This document shows, piece after piece, positions 62,334-64,000 of a stretch of 64,000 nucleotides of DNA. This stretch comes from Synechococcus sp. GTDB lineage: Bacteria; Cyanobacteriota; Cyanobacteriia; Thermostichales; PCC-7336. The DNA is taken from positions 1 to 64,000 of the forward strand of contig JBFRWN010000141.1 in NCBI GenBank assembly GCA_051439605.1, in the 5' to 3' direction. Under the pieces are notes generated by a model that saw only the letters and a program-made list of their open reading frames with translations, had not been told where the DNA came from and did no database searches. A program made the position numbers and the translations under genes. Each line of letters begins with the position of its first letter. Position 1 is the stretch's first letter.

Positions 62334-64000
62334 ATGCTCACCACTGATTTTAAGATTGCAAATCTGACTAGTCAAGAATACGAAATGGAAGCAGAAATAG
62401 ATTCAATTATTGTTTATACTAGTGAGAAAATCTCAGAACAATATATTGATGGCCTAGCACCACATATATTCTTTCGTCAAAGTCATGCATTGACTAATTG
62501 TTTGCATGTTTTTTGGAGTGAACAAGAAACCTTAAAAGAGTCTATAACTAGTAATAAAGCAAAAGAGTTGATTACTCTAGCAACAGCTTTACAACAACGA
62601 CCAGATCAAGAAATACAATGTCCAGGTGGGAATATTAAAATTAAGTTTGTGGGATATAGAATTGTTTTACTATCAATTTCACTAGAGGCAAATAAACAGT
62701 TAACAAGAGAAACTATTGTCACACATATAAATAATGTAGTTAAGTATTACAAAGAAAACCGTTTTGATATTCTTGCACCTTCCTTAGAGAGATTGGCTGA
62801 TGAAATTTCATTTGGCACATCTACGCATTACCTACAAAGTATAGAAAATTCTATTGTAGATATTTTGGATTATTTAAGTAAATATCAAAAGCTTCAACGT
62901 AGAATGATTGGAAAGATACTAGAAGTTTTAAATTTTCATTCTTCTCCCTCTTGTGTACATAATATTCTTCACGAATATCTTAAGACTATACTAGCAAAAA
63001 TTAGAAAGAGTAATTCAAGTGACTTTTTAGATGTCTATTATCGACGTGTTGACGCATGCCTTTATTTAACATTTGAACTTTCAAATAAGGATTCTATACC
63101 CAGAGTTGCAGATATATTTAAGGAAGCTTTGGATACATTAATAACAAACAAAGTTCCAGTTCTTCTTTTGTGTAGAGGACTTCGACATAGTTTTTTAAAA
63201 GCGATTATGCTAGCTAATATATTGCCTGATATATCTAGAGTTGCTTTGCAAACTACAACAGATGATGCAAAAGGTTTCTTAGTTATTCTAAGAATCTTTG
63301 TAACAGAGCTGAAGATTCCGGAGTTCTATCAAAGTAATCTACATGAAGAAATTTTTTCCTTGCCCAAAAGTTCCCTAATTGAGCTAAGCAAGGATTTACG
63401 AAGATCGGTACCACAGAAATTAATAATTGAAGATAAAGTAACCCGAAATACTTTAATTGAAGAAATAAAACATGAACTTAGTTTAGGCATGTACGAAAAG
63501 AGAGATGCAAAATTATGGATTTCGAGAATTCTACTTTTATTATATTCAAATTTATTAAACATGGAAACCTTCAAATGGATTTTGAGCAATTATATTGAGT
63601 TTGGATTAAACCGTAATCAAAGAGATAGTCTAGCAGCAGTTGCTGGTTACGACATTCCGTATTTCATTAGCCTGAATATGCAGCTAATTAAATCAGGTTT
63701 TCAGAAGCAAGTATTGTGTCCGTCAAAAGCTACAACTATTTCTGATTACATGAAGTTATCCTTGAAGCAATGGTCTGAACAAGACGATCAAGTTTCGGGT
63801 AATCTTCGCTTCTCAGATCGACTTGTTGAAGTATTACCAACTGTTTCTGTTATCGTCACCACCTATAATCCTAATGTTGAACTGCTTGAACTCTCTCTTC
63901 AGTCAATTATTTCCCAGTCGTATCCTGCAGTTGAGGTTATAGTTATCGATGATTGTTCTCAGCAGCAAATAAGTGAGAAGATAGAAACTCTTATTACACA
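62334..64000 (+). CDS. Large GT2-domain protein, 3'-truncated by the window end
   Basis: Absent from the ORF track (no stop in window). ATG 62334 (MLTTDFKIANL...) is in frame with LPTVSVIVTTYNP...IVIDDCS starting near 63834. Both ends were translated by hand; the middle was not fully checked. Confidence 0.82.
   Translation, partial: MLTTDFKIANLTSQEYEMEAEIDSIIVYTSEKISEQYIDGLAPHIFFRQSHALTNCLHVFWSEQETLKESITSNKAKELITLATALQQRPDQEIQCPGGNIKIKFVGYRIVLLSISLEANKQLTRETIVTHINNVVKYYKENRFDILAPSLERLADEISFGTSTHYLQSIENSIVDILDYLSKYQKLQRRMIGKILEVLNFHSSPSCVHNILHEYLKTILAKIRKSNSSDFLDVYYRRVDACLYLTFELSNKDSIPRVADIFKEALDTLITNKVPVLLLCRGLRHSFLKAIMLANILPDISRVALQTTTDDAKGFLVILRIFVTELKIPEFYQSNLHEEIFSLPKSSLIELSKDLRRSVPQKLIIEDKVTRNTLIEEIKHELSLGMYEKRDAKLWISRILLLLYSNLLNMETFKWILSNYIEFGLNRNQRDSLAAVAGYDIPYFISLNMQLIKSGFQKQVLCPSKATTISDYMKLSLKQWSEQDDQVSGNLRFSDRLVEVLPTVSVIVTTYNPNVELLELSLQSIISQSYPAVEVIVIDDCSQQQISEKIETLIT

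Overview
Cyanobacterial chromosomal window with frequent HIP1 octamers (GCGATCGC); the species cannot be determined from the sequence alone. (1) 1-22.3 kb is a near-complete phycobilisome rod supercluster: cpcBA-cpcEF, pebAB, cpeU, nblB-like, aplA, four PE rod linkers plus a CpcD-domain mini-linker, cpeSTR, cpeF, cpeZ-cpeY-cpeAB, nblA, cpcS, cpcL and cpcG. (2) 22.5-31.6 kb is a tightly spaced five-gene fatty-acid beta-oxidation-type operon: degenerate FadD-like, FadN-type HAD/ECH, thiolase, FadE and a lipase. This is unexpected because cyanobacteria are generally reported to lack beta-oxidation. (3) 32-49 kb holds mixed housekeeping genes: deaD, D27-like, Slr2103-like acyltransferase, deoC, dus, rpsR, rpmG, RDD, a GTPase, an MBL hydrolase, an SDR, DUF547, a GT2/GT-C fusion and purF. 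(4) 49-64 kb is a TPR/glycosyltransferase/sulfotransferase/methyltransferase cluster around an RTX-repeat protein; it turns strongly AT-rich with no HIP1 seen after about 57 kb. No rRNA, tRNA, CRISPR array or transposase was recognised. Family assignments come from motif recognition, not database searches.
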